Assembly: GCF_036365525.1 (NCBI RefSeq)
Contig: NC_090376.1
Location: 1,423,802-1,487,801 of the forward strand
Direction of reading: 5' to 3'
Source: Heterodontus francisci
Taxonomy: Eukaryota
DNA: 64,000 nt
Position numbers and translations under genes: made by a program. How positions within the stretch are numbered: position 1 is the first letter of the stretch; the number at the start of each line of letters is the position of its first letter. The notes under the pieces were generated by a model, which had not been told where the DNA came from, made no database searches, and worked only from the letters and a program-made list of their open reading frames with translations. Below, in pieces: positions 35,690 to 48,825 of the stretch.

Positions 35690-38578
35690 GACAGGGTGGG
35701 GGAGGACGGGGTGAGGGGGGAGGGGGTGGGGGGAGGGGGTGGGGGGAGGGGGTGGGGGGAGGGGGTGGGGGGAGGGGGTGGGGGGAGGGGGTGGGGGGAG
35801 GGGGTGGGGGGAGGGGGTGAGGTGGGAGAGGGAGGGGGAGGGGGAGGACGGGGAGAGGGAGGGGGAGGGGGAGGGGGAGGAGGGGGTGAGGGGGGAGAGG
35901 GAGGGGGAGGAGGGGGTGAGGGGGGAGAGGGAGGGGGAGGAGGGGGGAGAGGGAGGGGGAGGAGGGGGGAGAGGGAGGGGGAGGAGGGGGGAGAGGGAGG
36001 GGGAGGAGGGGGGAGAGGGAGGGGGAGGAGGGGGGAGAGGGAGGGGGAGGGGGGAGAGGGGGGAGAGGGAGGGGGAGGAGGGGGGAGAGGGAGGGGGAGG
36101 GGGAGGAGGGGGTGAGGGGGGAGAGGGAGGGGGAGGAGGGGGTGAGGGGGGAGAGGGAGGGGGNNNNNNNNNNNNNNNNNNNNNNNNNNNNNNNNNNNNN
36201 NNNNNNNNNNNNNNNNNNNNNNNNNNNNNNNNNNNNNNNNNNNNNNNNNNNNNNNNNNNNNNNNNNNNNNNNNNNNNNNNNNNNNNNNNNNNNNNNNNNN
36301 GAGGGGGAGGAGGGGGTGAGGGGGGAGAGGGAGGGGGAGGAGGGGGTGAGGGGGGAGAGGGAGGGGGAGGAGGGGGTGAGGGGGGAGAGGGAGGGGGAAG
36401 AGGGGGTGAGGGGGGAGAGGGAGGGGGAGGAGGGGGTGAGGGGGGAGAGGGAGGGGGAGGAGGGGGTGAGGGGGGAGAGGGAGGGGGAGGAGGGGGTGAG
36501 GGGGGAGAGGGAGGGGGAGGAGGGGGTGAGGGGGGAGAGGGAGGGGGAGGAGGGGGTGAGGGGGGAGAGGGAGGGGGAGGAGGGGGTGAGGGGGGAGAGG
36601 GAGGGGGAGGAGGGGGTGAGGGGGGAGAGGGAGGGGGAGGAGGGGGTGAGGGGGAGAGGGAGGGGGGGACGGGGTGAGGGGGGAGAGGGAGGGGGGGGAC
36701 GGGGTGAGGGGGGGAGAGGGAGGGGGGGGACGGGGTGAGGGGGGAGAGGGAGGGGGGGGACGGGGTGAGGGGGGAGAGGGAGGGGGGGGACGGGGTGAGG
36801 GGGGAGAGGGAGGGGGGAGAGGGAGGGGGGGACGGGGTGAGGGGGGAGAGGGAGGGGGGGGACGGGGTGAGGGGGGAGAGGGAGGGGGGGGACGGGGTGA
36901 GGGGGGAGAGGGAGGGGGGGGACGGGGTGAGGGGGGAGAGGGAGGGGGAGGACGGGGTGAGGGGGGAGAGGAGGGGAGGGGAGGACGGGGTGAGGGGGGA
37001 GAGGGAGGGGGAGGACGGGGTGAGGGGGGAGAGGGAGGGGGAGGACGGGGTGAGGGGGGAGAGGGAGGGGGAGGACGGGGTGAGGGGGGAGAGGGAGGGG
37101 GAGGACGGGGTGAGGGGGGAGAGGGAGGGGGAGGACGGGGTGAGGGGGGAGAGGGAGGGGGAGGACGGGGTGAGGGGGGAGAGGGAGGGGGAGGACGGGG
37201 TGAGGGGGGAGAGGGAGGGGGAGGACGGGGTGAGGGGGGAGAGGGAGGGGGAGGACGGGGTGAGGGGGGAGAGGGAGGGGGAGGACGGGGTGAGGGGGGA
37301 GAGGGAGGGGGAGGACGGGGTGAGGGGGGAGAGGGAGGGGGAGGACGGGGTGAGGGGGGAGAGGGAGGGGGAGGACGGGGTGAGGGGGGAGAGGGAGGGG
37401 GAGGACGGGGTGAGGGGGGAGAGGGAGGGGGAGGACGGGGTGAGGGGGGAGAGGGAGGGGGAGGACGGGGTGAGGGGGGAGAGGACGGGGTGAGGGGGGA
37501 GAGGACGGGGTGAGGGGGGAGAGGGAGGGGGAGGACGGGGTGAGGGGGGAGAGGGAGGGGGAGGGAGGGGGAGGGAGGGGGAGGACGGGGTGAGGGGGGA
37601 GAGGGAGGGGGAGGACGGGGTGAGGGGGGAGAGGGAGGGGGAGGACGGGGTGAGGGGGGAGAGGGAGGGGGAGGACGGGGTGAGGGGGGAGAGGGAGGGG
37701 GAGGACGGGGTGAGGGGGGAGAGGGAGGGGGAGGACGGGGTGAGGGGGGAGAGGGAGGGGGAGGACGGGGTGAGGGGGGAGAGGGAGGGGGAGGACGGGG
37801 TGAGGGGGGAGAGGGAGGGGGAGGACGGGGTGAGGGGGGAGAGGGAGGGGGAGGACGGGGTGAGGGGGGAGAGGGAGGGGGAGGACGGGGTGAGGGGGGA
37901 GAGGGAGGGGGAGGACGGGGTGAGGGGGGAGAGGGAGGGGGAGGACGGGGTGAGGGGGGAGAGGGAGGGGGAGGACGGGGTGAGGGGGGAGAGGACGGGG
38001 TGAGGGGGGAGAGGACGGGGTGAGGGGGGAGAGGACGGGGTGAGGGGGGAGAGGGAGGGGGAGGACGGGGTGAGGGGGGAGAGGGGAGGGGGAGGGAGGG
38101 GGAGGGAGGGGGAGGACGGGGTGAGGGGGGAGAGGGAGGGGGAGGACGGGGTGAGGGGGGAGAGGGAGGGGGAGGACGGGGTGAGGGGGGAGAGGGAGGG
38201 GGAGGACGGGGTGAGGGGGGAGAGGGAGGGGGAGGACGGGGTGAGGGGGGAGAGGGAGGGGGAGGACGGGGTGAGGGGGGAGAGGGAGGGGGAGGACGGG
38301 GTGAGGGGGGAGAGGGAGGGGGAGGACGGGGTGAGGGGGGAGAGGGAGGGGGAGGACGGGGTGAGGGGGGAGGGGGAGAGGGAGGGGGAGGACGGGGTGA
38401 GGGGGAGAGGGAGGGGGAGGACGGGGTGAGGGGGGAGAGGGAGAGGGAGGGGGAGGACGGGGTGAGGGGGGAGAGGGAGAGGGAGGGGGAGAACGGGGTG
38501 AGGGGGGAGAGGGAGGGGGAGGATGGGGTGAGGGGGGAGAGGGAGGGGGGAGGACGGGGTGAGGGGAGAGAGGGAGGG
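35690..38578. repeat. Purine-rich array: 13-bp agggggtgggggg units, then 30-bp tgaggggggagagggagggggaggacgggg units; contains the N gap 36164-36300
   Basis: Direct inspection; long runs of identical 30-mers. Confidence 0.95.
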
Positions 38579-38689
38579 AAAGCGAGATGGTAGGGTTGGG
38601 ACAGGGTGGCGTAGGGGAAGGAAGGAGGGAGGGAGTGTACTTGCAGTGAAAGTGAAGAGGGGAATTGACCTTTGTTGGGGATCAGGAAT

Positions 38690-39925
38690 CATAGATGAAT
38701 TTCCTCAGAAGCAAGGTAGTGAAACCAATTCTAACTCCTGCAGCTCAACCAGAATGACGACGGGAATTGGCAGTCTCCTCAAATACAGGGCTGGTGCCAG
38801 AGAACTGGAGAAATGCAGATGTTGCACCCTTGTTCAAAAAAGGGGTGTCAAGATAAACCCAGCGACTGCAAGCCAGTCAGTCTGACCTCAGTAGTGGAAA
38901 AGCGTTTAGAAATGTTAATCAGGGCCAAAATTAACAGTCACTTGTACAAGTGTGCATTAATTAAGGAAAGCCAGCACGGATTAGTTAAAGACAAATCGTG
39001 TTTAATGAATTTGATTGTGTTTTTTGATGAACTAACAGAGGGTGTTGATGAGGGTAATGTGGCTGATGTAGTATACATGGACTTCCGAAAGGCGTTTGCT
39101 GACAAACCTGCAATCCAGCACTTTATCAAAGTCAAAGCCCATAGAATAAAAGGGACAGTGGCCGTAATGGATATTAAATTGGCTGAGTGACAGAAAAGAG
39201 TAGTGAAACGGTTGTTTTTTGGACTGGAGGACGGTATATAGTGGGGCTCCCCCAGGGTCGGTGTTCGGACCACTGCTTTTCTTGATATATATTGACAGGG
39301 ACATGGTTGTGCAGGGCACAACTTCAAAATTTACAGATAACACAAAACTTGGCAGTATTGTGAACTGTGAGGAGGCTGGTGGAATGGGCGGACACATGGC
39401 AGATGAAATTTAATGTAGAGAGGTGTGAAGTGATACATTTTGGTAGGAAGAATGAGGAGCGACAATGTAAAATAAACAGTTCCAGGGATGAGGGACTTCC
39501 GTGGCATGGATTGATTGGCCAAACTGGGCTATTCTCAAAAGAGAATATTAAGAAGAGATTTGATAGCAATGCTCAAAATCATGAGGTGTCAGGAAAGAGT
39601 AGATGGGGAGAAACTGTTCCCATCAGCAGGAGGGTCGAGAACCAGAGGACATCAATTTAAGGTGATTGGCAAAAGAACCAGAGGCAACATGAGGAAAAAC
39701 TTTTATGTAGCAAGTGGTTAGGATCTGGAATGCACTGTACGGGAGAGTGATGGAAGCAGATTTAATCGTGGCTTTCTAAAGGGAAATGGATAATAATCTG
39801 AAGAAATAAATTGGCAGGGCTATGAGGAAAAGGCGGAGGAGTGGCACGAGGTGAGCTGCTCTTGCAGAGAGCTGACATGGACGTGACAGGCCGAATGGCC
39901 TCCTTCTGTGCTGTAATCATTCTAT
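38690..39925 (+). mobile_element. Degenerate CR1 RT/3' fragment
   Basis: PVSLTSVV..ESQHGLVKDKSCLMNL..VVYMDFRKAF. Confidence 0.85.
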
Positions 39926-40021
39926 GTTATACAACATCATCCAGTCCCGCATCTGCACTGCCCCATAAACTGCAACCTATCAAGCAAAACAGGACTGCCG
40001 CCCCCAACAGCCAATCAGCAC

Positions 40022-40196
40022 CTTGTTTTCCTCCAGGAATTTCAGCTTGATAGTGACATCACTGCGTAACCTCTCGTACTTCTCTTTATGCACGAGATAC
40101 AACTGCTGTGCCAAGTCAATCTTTGGCAGCGTGAGAGAATCACGAGGCCCCAGGTTCAGCTCCTCAAGGTCTGTGCGATATGCATCATATTCCAAT
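40022..40196 (-). CDS. ARFIP2: Arfaptin-2 coding exon (175 nt)
   Basis: ttgcag|[30 protein letters not shown]|gtgctg; phases 2/0 fit the neighbouring exons. Confidence 0.97.
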
Positions 40197-40203
40197 CTGC
40201 AAC

Positions 40204-41035
40204 AGGACAGCATGGGTTAGACAGAGTAAAGCTCCCTCTACACTGTCCCCATCAAACACTCCCAGGACAGGTACAGCACGGGGTTAGACAGAGTAAAGCT
40301 CCCTCTACACTGTCCCCATCAAACACTCCCAGGACAGGTACAGCACGGGGTTAGATACAGAGTAAAGCTCCCTCTACACTGTCCCCCATCAAACACTCCC
40401 AGGACAGGTACAGCACGGGGTTAGATACAGAGTAAAGCTCCCTCTACACTGTCCCCATCAAACACTCCCAGGACAGGTACAGCACGGGGTTAGATACAGA
40501 GTAAAGCTCCCTCTACACTGTCCCCATCAAACACTCCCAGGACAGGTACAGCACGGGGTTAGACAGAGTAAAGCTCCCTCTACACTGTCCCCATCAAACA
40601 CTCCCAGGACAGGTACAGTACGGGGCTGAGATACAGAGTAAAGCTCCCTCTACACTGTCCCCATCAAACACTCCACAGGACACGTACAGCACGGGGTTAG
40701 ATACAGAGTAAAGCTCCCTCTACACTGTCCCGATCAAACACTCCCAGGACAGGTAAAGCACGGGGTTAGATACAGAGCAAAGCTCCCTCTACACTGTCCC
40801 CATCAAACAAACAATCAAAAAAAAAACGGGGATAGATACAGAGTAAAGCTCCCTCTACACTGTCCCCATCAAACACTCCCAGGACAGGTACAGTACGGGG
40901 GTTAGATACAGAGTAAAGCTCCCTCTACACTGTCCATCAAACACTCCCAGCACAGGTACAGTACGGGGCTGAGATACAGAGTAAAGCTCCCTCTACACTG
41001 TCCCCATCAAACACTCCCAGGACAGGTACAGCACT
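40204..41035. repeat. ~69-bp minisatellite, about 12 units, resuming at 47570-47630 after the Tx1 insertion
   Basis: gggttagatacagagtaaagctccctctacactgtccccatcaaacactcccaggacaggtacagcacg repeated. Confidence 0.93.
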
Positions 41036-44000
41036 GGGGTTGGCTGCTTCCTAATTGGGACTCCAAAGTGCATCAACGAGGTGCAGCTGACAGTACTGCA
41101 GTCAGTTGCTGGAGGTGCTGCTGGAGATGGAGTGCTGAGGAGAAACTGCAAAAACTTTGAACAACTTTTGCTGCAGAGGAGGAAAGACTTTTGGAATAAG
41201 CCTGTATTTGGAGGTGGGTGTTGAGCACCAGACTCTTATTTCTTTTGGACTGTTGTGGGAGGTGGAAGAGGCCGGAAGAACAAGGGGTGGGGGCTATACA
41301 ATTCTGCAGGGAGCTGTGCAGTTGCACTAAAGTTGCAGGGAAGCTCCCTCCCCACCCCAATTGCCCAGCCTGAGTCAGCTGAAGCTGCCTGACTAATACA
41401 CAGAAGGGGATAAATAGTGCCTGGGCAGCTTCAGCTGGCCCAGGTGAAGACGCCTCCCCCAACCAGAAGACCGTAAGACCAAGTGTGCTGGCAGAGACTG
41501 TTTCAAGTGTGCTGTGCGCACCACCTCCAGAAAGAAAAAGAAAGTCATCCCTTACAGCCTGTCTTTCGCTCTCCTCTATTCCCTCAGCCTCTCCCTAACT
41601 TGTTTGTTTGTTTTGTGTATCTTAAAGTTATTTTCAAGCCTACAATTTGGGGTGGGTTTAGCTCTTAGACTCTTTGGCAAGCCTTTCATCACCGGTGGCG
41701 GGGCCCTCTACTACCTATGCAGCTGCAGCCTCTGTGGCTGCCCACGTGGCCCCGTCACCCTTTAAATTAATAACATCCAGCCATGGGGTGAAGAGCTATC
41801 CCCACCCCAACATGTCCATTGAGGCCTGTGAAGGCAATGGCCGAGGTTGTCGGCCCCTCGGCCATTGCTGCGGCCTCAAAGATGTATGGGAAGGCTGTGT
41901 TTTTTCTAAAGACCGAGCGGGCCGTGTCCCTGGCCCTGAGTAAGGGGCTCACTGTGGGGGGAGCTTCCTGCCTGTGGATCCTCTGGGGGCCACTGCGCAG
42001 CGGATATTGTTGTCCAATGTCCCGCCCTTCATTCCCAGTGAGCTCCTCCTCCCCCACCTGCACCATCTGGGGGAGGTGAGGTCAGGGATCGCCCCAGTCC
42101 CGCTCGGTCTTCGGGAAAACAGCCTCCGGCATGTCCACTCCTTCCGCCGCCAGTTATTTATGCAGCTGGCGCGGGAGGTGGTCTCGGAGGGCCAATTTAA
42201 TGTGGATTTCCAGGGGACGGCCTACCGCGTCTTTTGGACCTCGGACGGGGTGCGGTGCCACATCTGCAAGGGGGTGGGGCATGTTCCTAAGAACTGCCCC
42301 AACCTCCCGGCCGCCAGCTCCACCTCGGCAGCCCAGGGTGGTTCCACAGCACCTCCTCCCACTCCCCCCACACATCCAACGGAGGCTGTGGTTTTCACAG
42401 CCTCCAGCGGGGAGGGGAGTGCCCGTCCGAGTGGAAGACGCGGAGGAAAAATAAACATCAAGAGGCGCGTCCCCTGGACACATTGGCACAACCCGAGCCT
42501 GAGCTCAGCCCAAAGCCCGTTCCCACGGAATCCACCTGTCCCAGGGCTGGGCTCAGGCACAGGGTGACTAAAAAAAAAAGGAGGGTGCGGAGGCGGAGGC
42601 CTCTGATGACATGGAGGTCTCTGAGCCTCCGCGGCCTAGTGGGAAAAAGAGGAGAAGGCACCCCTCCACAGAGGTAACAAGGGGCTCCGAGGTTCAGGGT
42701 CCATCTGTTGGATGGCAGCTGTCTCCTGTTTCGGGTCCTTAGGTTCCCCCTACCACCACCACCAACATTAAGGCTGCAAAGTCTGGGCAGGAGCTCCCTA
42801 TTCCTCAGGATGGAGTGGAGGGGGAGATACCTGTACATGTGGCCCCTCCAGGGGAAGCCAGTGGATGTTGTGGGTGAGCCTGGGGACGCTGTCCATTCTG
42901 CCACTGCCACAGGGTCGGGTGCCCTGAATAGAGGGGAGGGCAGGTCCCAGAGGGTCAGCCCTCCCAGCCGGAGTTCACCACCAACCAGGAGACACTCGAC
43001 CCAGTTATAACCGAGAATGCTGCCCCATCTGCTGGGCCTGTGGATGCTGGCGGAGCGGAAAATGGTCTCCTCTCTCCACCTCCGGTCTCGGCTCCGGCTG
43101 GATTTCCAGAGTCGGGAACTTCTGTCTCCCCTGGACCACTCATTGGCCTGGGGACGGAGGTGGAGGGGGGTCCTGGGCTGCTGGCGCCCACAGGCTCCAG
43201 TTTCACAATAGAACCCAGAGAGGACTCCTCCGCCATCGATCCTGGGGGTGGGATCGTGACTGAGGCAGGATCAGCTGGGGCGGCCGGGACGTCTGCCCCA
43301 CAGTGTGTGGTGGATGTGTCGGCCGCTAGCGGTGATGACCCGGAGGAGGATGGGGATTTGGTGTGGGGCACGGAGGATGACCTTGATTCCATCGCCAGTG
43401 AGGTGGTGGAGTCCCTCGTGCCTCCCACCGAATCTCCTCTCATCCCCACGGCGGAACTCTGGGATTCCCTCGCGGCTTGCAGGGGTTGCCTTGGCCGTTG
43501 GTCGAATCTGGCGCTGATCATACAGTCCATCCGTGCCGCACTGAAGAAAGCGGGTAAGCGCGCGGGCGCGAAACTGGTTGAGAGGTGCCGTTTTAATGTG
43601 TTCCTCAATGGGTTGCTAGGGCGGTGGAAGGCCTGGTGCACTTCCACTCCCTCCTCACAGTGAAGTGTTGGTGACGGGTTTTAAGTACCTTTGACATGAA
43701 GATAACCATAGTCAGCCTCAACATCAACCGCAGCAGGGGGTCTCACCGCAGATTTCACAATCTCAGTCCTCAGGGAAGGGAGATACGCGGTGAGCTTTCT
43801 GCAGGAAACCCACACCGTTCCGAGAGACGAAGCCACCTGGCTCCTGGAGTGGCAGGGTGGGGTCTACATGAGTCACCTCAGCCTTATTTCTAGTGGGGTG
43901 GCTATCTTGTTGGCCCCGACTTTTCAGCCCGGAGATCTTGGGGGTCAAGGAGCTAGTGCCGGGTCGCTTGCTCCACCTCGCCGTTCGCCTGGGTAGCGTG

Positions 44001-47000
44001 CCGCTCCACTTTGTGAACGTGTACACGCCCAGGCCCGGCGCGTTGCAAGCGCGCTTCTTTGAAGAAGTGTCCGCTCTCTTGAGCTCCATTGATAGCGGCG
44101 AGTGCATCATCCTCGGGGGGGATTTTAACTGCACCCTCGAGGTGGGGGATCGGTCCGGTCCCCAGCGTGGCCAAGCGTCGGTGGAGAAGTTGAGGGGACT
44201 GATCAGCTCCCTTAACTTGGTGGACGTCTGGCGGAATCTCCATCCCGACTCCAGTGCCTTCACGTGGAGGTCTGGTGGAGGGGGGGTCGCAAATTGACCT
44301 CCTTTACTTTTCGCAGGCGTACGTCTCCTGCGTCTCGGCGGCTTCCATGCGGCTGGTGCCGTGCTCGGACCACAGCCTGGTGTGGGCGGAGTTCACTCCG
44401 CTCCACACGCGGGCGGGGTCCGCGTACTGGCACTTTAACAACCGGCTGCTGGAGGATGAGCGATTTCGGGACTCGTTCTGTCGATTCTGGGCCGACTGGA
44501 GAAGGAAGCAGGGGGGCTTCCCCTCCTTGAGGCGATGGTGGGATGTGGGCAAGACTCGCATCCGTGTCTTCTGTCAGGAGTACGAGAAGGGGTCGACCAA
44601 GAGGCGGGAAGCCGAGATCGGGCGCCTTGAGAGGGAGGTGCTCGACTTGGAGTCCCGCCTCGGTCATGCCGTCGTGGACCCGGCCCTGTGGCAGGCGTAC
44701 AAAGAGAAGGGCGTGCTGAGGGACCTGCAGCTCATAGGGTCCCGAGGCGCGTACGTGAGGTCACGGATCCAGAACCTGGAAGATTTGGACCGCGCCTCAC
44801 CCTTCATCTACTCGCTGGAAAAATGGCGGGGGGTCCGTAAGCAGCTCGTTGAGCTGCTGGCCGACGACGGATCCTCCATCACGGATCCGGAGGGAATGGG
44901 CCTCCTGGTCCGGACTTATTACAGTGAGTTGTTCTCTCCAGATCCGTCCAGCGAGGATGCGCGCAGAGTTTTGTGGGAGGACCTGCCGGTCAGCCCGGAG
45001 GGCGCCGAAGGATTGGAGGCTCCGCTCACGTTGGCGGAGCTGACTGGCGCCCTCCACCAGCTCTCGAGGGGCAAATCCCCAGGGCTGGATGGGTTGACCG
45101 TGGAGTTCCTCAGGGCGTTCTGGGACGTCCTGGGGGACGATTACGCGCGGGTCCTGGGGGAAAGCCTGGCGACCGGGGAGATGCCCCTCACGTGGCGCAG
45201 GGCGGTCATCGTCCTGCTGCCGAAGAGGGGCGATCTCCGCCTGCTTAAAAACTGGCGTCCGGTCTCCCTCCTCAGCACGGATTATAAGATCTTTGCCCGG
45301 GCGATGTCTACCCGCCTGGGCTCCGTGCAGGTCCACATGATCCACCCCGACCAGTCCGACACGGTCCCGGGCCGGTCCATCCAGGACAACATCCAAATGG
45401 TCCGGGACCTGATCCATCTTTCCCAGAGGACCGGTCAGTCGGTCGCCTTTCTCTCCCTCGATCAGAAGGCGTTCGACAGGGTGGATCACGATTACCTTTT
45501 CGGGACTCTGCGCGCTTTCGGACTCGGGCCGCATTTCGTGGCCCGGGTCCAATTTTTATACGCCGCCGCAGAGTGTCTCGTCAAAGTTAACGGGTCCTTG
45601 ACGGCGCCCCTTCGATTTGGGAGAGGAGTGCGTCAGGGGTGCCCCATGTCCGGCCAATTGTATACCATCTGCGTGGAGCCCTTCCTGTGCCTGCTTCGCA
45701 GGTGGTTGACGGGATTGGCTCTGCGCGAGCCGGCCATGCGGGTCGTCCTCTCGGCTTACGCCGACGACGTGCTCCTCGCAATCACAGATCCCGTTGACTT
45801 GCGGAGGATGCGCGACTGCCAGCAGACCTTTTCTGCCGCGTCCTCCACGATGATCAATTGGGAGAAATGTTCCGGACTCCTGGTTGGTCAGTGGCGGGTG
45901 GACTCCCTGCCGGAGGAGATGACACCTTTTGCGTGGAGCACCACGCACCTCCTCTATCTGGGAGTCCACCTTAGCCCCGCTGAGGAAGCCTGGCCGGCAA
46001 ACTGGCAGGAGTTGGAGGCGAAAGTCACCGCTCGGCTGGGGCGCTGGACAGGACTGCTCCGAGTGCTTTCCTACAGGGGCCGAGCGTTGGTCATAAACCA
46101 ACTGGTGGCCTCCATGCTGTGGTACCGGTTGGTCACTTTGGCCCCGCCCCCTGTATTTGCCACCAAGATCCAGAAGAAACTCGTCGATTTCTTCTGGGGC
46201 AAGAGGAAACACTGGGTCTCTGCCGCGGTCCTGAGTCTCCCGATCTAGGACGGCGGTCAGTCGCTGGTGTGCGTCCGCACCCAGCCTGCGACTCTCCGCC
46301 TTCGGACCCTGCAGAGATACCTGTACGTCGAGCGTCCTCCCAGATGGTGTGCGCTGGCGACGTATTTTTTCCGCCAGTGTCACTGCCTTCAAGACGACAC
46401 GCAGCTCCCGGTGGAGTCCGTTAGCCGCGCCTCTCTGATGGAGTTGCCTGTCTTTTACCGGGATCTTTTCCGAGTCTGGAACATGGTCGCCTCCAGTCAG
46501 GGCGCTCCCCCGCTGGCGGAGGAGAGCGCGTCGGCTGTCCGGGCGGCCGACTCCGGGGACGGTCCGGCGGGCGGAGGAGTAGCCGAAACCCCTGGGACGC
46601 CCCACACTGCGGGTGGCGAGGGGGCTCGGGAGTGCGGAGCGATCCCAGCCGAGTTGACCCCCGCTCGGCCGGAACTGCTCATCGGACCCAGGCCCCGAAA
46701 CCCTCCTCGGGAGCCGGACCCACACAACCCGAGCCGCCTCTCGGAAATGCCCTCCGTGCCATTCCAATCGGCGCGGAGGGGTTTCCTGTACGGGCTGCTC
46801 CTGCACACTCTCCACTTCCTCGCCCTCGTCAGCCGGCCGGACACGCCCTGGCGGTCCGCGTTGCCATCTGGCGGCGAGGGGAAACCCCGATGGAGGTCTC
46901 TCTACGCGGGAGTCTTCCCCCTTTACATCGGGGACCTGGGGTGGAGGGTGCTGCACAGAGCAGTCCCGTGCAATAGTCTTTTAAGTAGGTTCACGGACTC

Positions 47001-47569
47001 CCAGGCCACCTGTACTTTCTGCGGCCTGGACGAGTCCGTGTTCCACATTTATACGGAGTGTGCGAGGTTGCAACCCCTCTTTGAGTATCTGAAGGGGCTG
47101 CTCCTCAAATTCTGGCTGCACTTCAGTCCCACGCTCCTGATCTTTGGGCACCCGGTGCGGAGGGGCTTGGGCCGGGAGGAGGATCTCCTCGTCGGTCTGC
47201 TCCTGGGCCTGGCCAAGGTGGCAATTCACAGGTCCAGGTTGCGGGCCGTCGGGGGGTCCGTCCTCCCCGATTGCCTGCCCCTCTTCCGCGGTTACGTTCG
47301 CGCCCGGGTGTCCCTGGAAAAGGAGCATGCGGTGTCCGCCGGTACGCTTGAGGCCTTCCGCGACCGGTGGGCACCGCAGGGGCTGGAGTGCATCGTCGAC
47401 GCCGAGAATGGCATTTTAATTTGAGTTTTTTGTTTATTTATCTGGTTTTAATAAAGTTATTTTAAAAATATCAGTGTGTATATAAAGGGGGCCTGAGGAA
47501 TAAAGGCCCCCTCGACATAAAAAATATATAAAAGGGGCCTGGGGTATAAAGGTCACCTTAAAAAAAAAA
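41036..47569 (+). mobile_element. Full-length but disrupted L1-Tx1 clade non-LTR retrotransposon
   Basis: ORF1 (~41674-43663) has the CHICKGVGHVPKNC knuckle; ORF2 (43696-47424) has APE motifs SLNIN, LQETH, GDFN, SDH, RT motifs NWRPVSLL, GVRQGCP, YADD, and C-terminal CTFCG..HIYTEC; frameshifts near 43770, 43930 and 44280 and a TAG at 46246; AATAAA and A10 tail. Confidence 0.95.
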
Positions 47570-47629
47570 CGGGGTTAGATACAGAGTAAAGCTCTCTCTA
47601 CACTGTCCCATCAAACACTCCCAGGGCAG

Positions 47630-48680
47630 GTTGATTAAAAAAACTGGCTTAAGAACAGAAAACAGCAAGTCATGATAAATGGCTGTTTTTCAGACTGGAA
47701 GATGGTAAACAGCGGTGCTCCCAAGGTTCAGTGCTAGGATCACTGAATTGGATACAGAGTGAAATTTCAATATTTGCCAATGACACCAAACTTGGAGGTG
47801 TGGCAAACAGTGAGGATGATACTAATCAACTGCAACAGGACATAGATAGGCTAGCAGAATGGGCAGACAGGTGGCAGATGGAATTTAATGCAGAGAAGTA
47901 TGAAGTGATGCATTTCGGTAAGTGTAAGGAAAAGCAATATAGACTAAATGCCCCAGTTCTGAAGAGTGTGCAGGAACAGAGGGGCCTTGGGGTTCATGTT
48001 TAGATCCTTGAAGGTGGCAGGGCATATCGAGAGAGTGGTTAGTGATGCATATGAGATCTTGGGCTTCATAAATAGAAGCATTGAGTACAAAATCAGGGAA
48101 GTTATGCTGAACCTTTATAAAGCTCTGGTTAGGCCACAACTGGAGTATTCAGTCCAGTTCGGGTCACCACACTTCAGGAAGGATGTGAGGGTCCTTGAGA
48201 GGGTGCAGAGGAGATTTACCAGAATGGTTCCAGGGATGAGGGATTTTAGCAACAAGGTTAGGTTGAAGAAGCTGGGATTGTTCTCCTTGGGGCAAAGGAT
48301 ATTGAGAGGAGATTTGATAGAGGTGTACAAGATTATAATAGGCTTAGATAAGGGAGACAAAGAAAAACTGTTCCTTAGTTGATGGTACAAGGACTAGGGG
48401 ACACAGATTGAAGGTTCTGGGCAAGAGATACGGGGGGATGTGAGGAAGAACTTTTTTATGCAGCAGGTGGTGACAACCTGGAACTTGCTGCCTCGAGGGT
48501 GGTGGAAGCGGAGACAATGAATCATTTCAAAAGGTAATTAGATGGGCATTTCTTGAGGGAATTAAACTTGCAGGGCTATAGGGATAGGGCAGGGGATTGG
48601 GACTGATTGGACAGCTGTACAGAGGGCCGGCATGGACTCGATAGGCCGAATGGCCTCAGTCTTTGCTGTAATGACCCTAT
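47630..48680 (+). mobile_element. CR1 RT/3' fragment
   Basis: FANDTKLGG..LVRPQLEYSVQFGSPHFRKD. Confidence 0.88.
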
Positions 48681-48825
48681 GGCCCCTTGCTCTTTACTCC
48701 CTCACCAGAAGAAACAGTTTCTATCTACCCTATTAAATCCTTTTGATCATCTTAAACAACTCGACTGGATCACCCACAGGGTCAGCGCGAGGAACACGGA
48801 CACCCCCACAGGGTCAGCACGCGGT

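Noticed and set aside
35615-38692. 1077-aa Pro/Ser-rich ORF fused to the last ARFIP2 exon, resembling an extensin or FH1
   Set aside because: A C-rich repeat with no possible stop codons that crosses an N gap; a canonical acceptor at 35615 defines the real exon
40204-41035. Regularly spaced repeats suggesting a CRISPR array (also 52050-57725)
   Set aside because: No unique spacers, no cas genes, vertebrate context; these are head-to-tail tandem repeats
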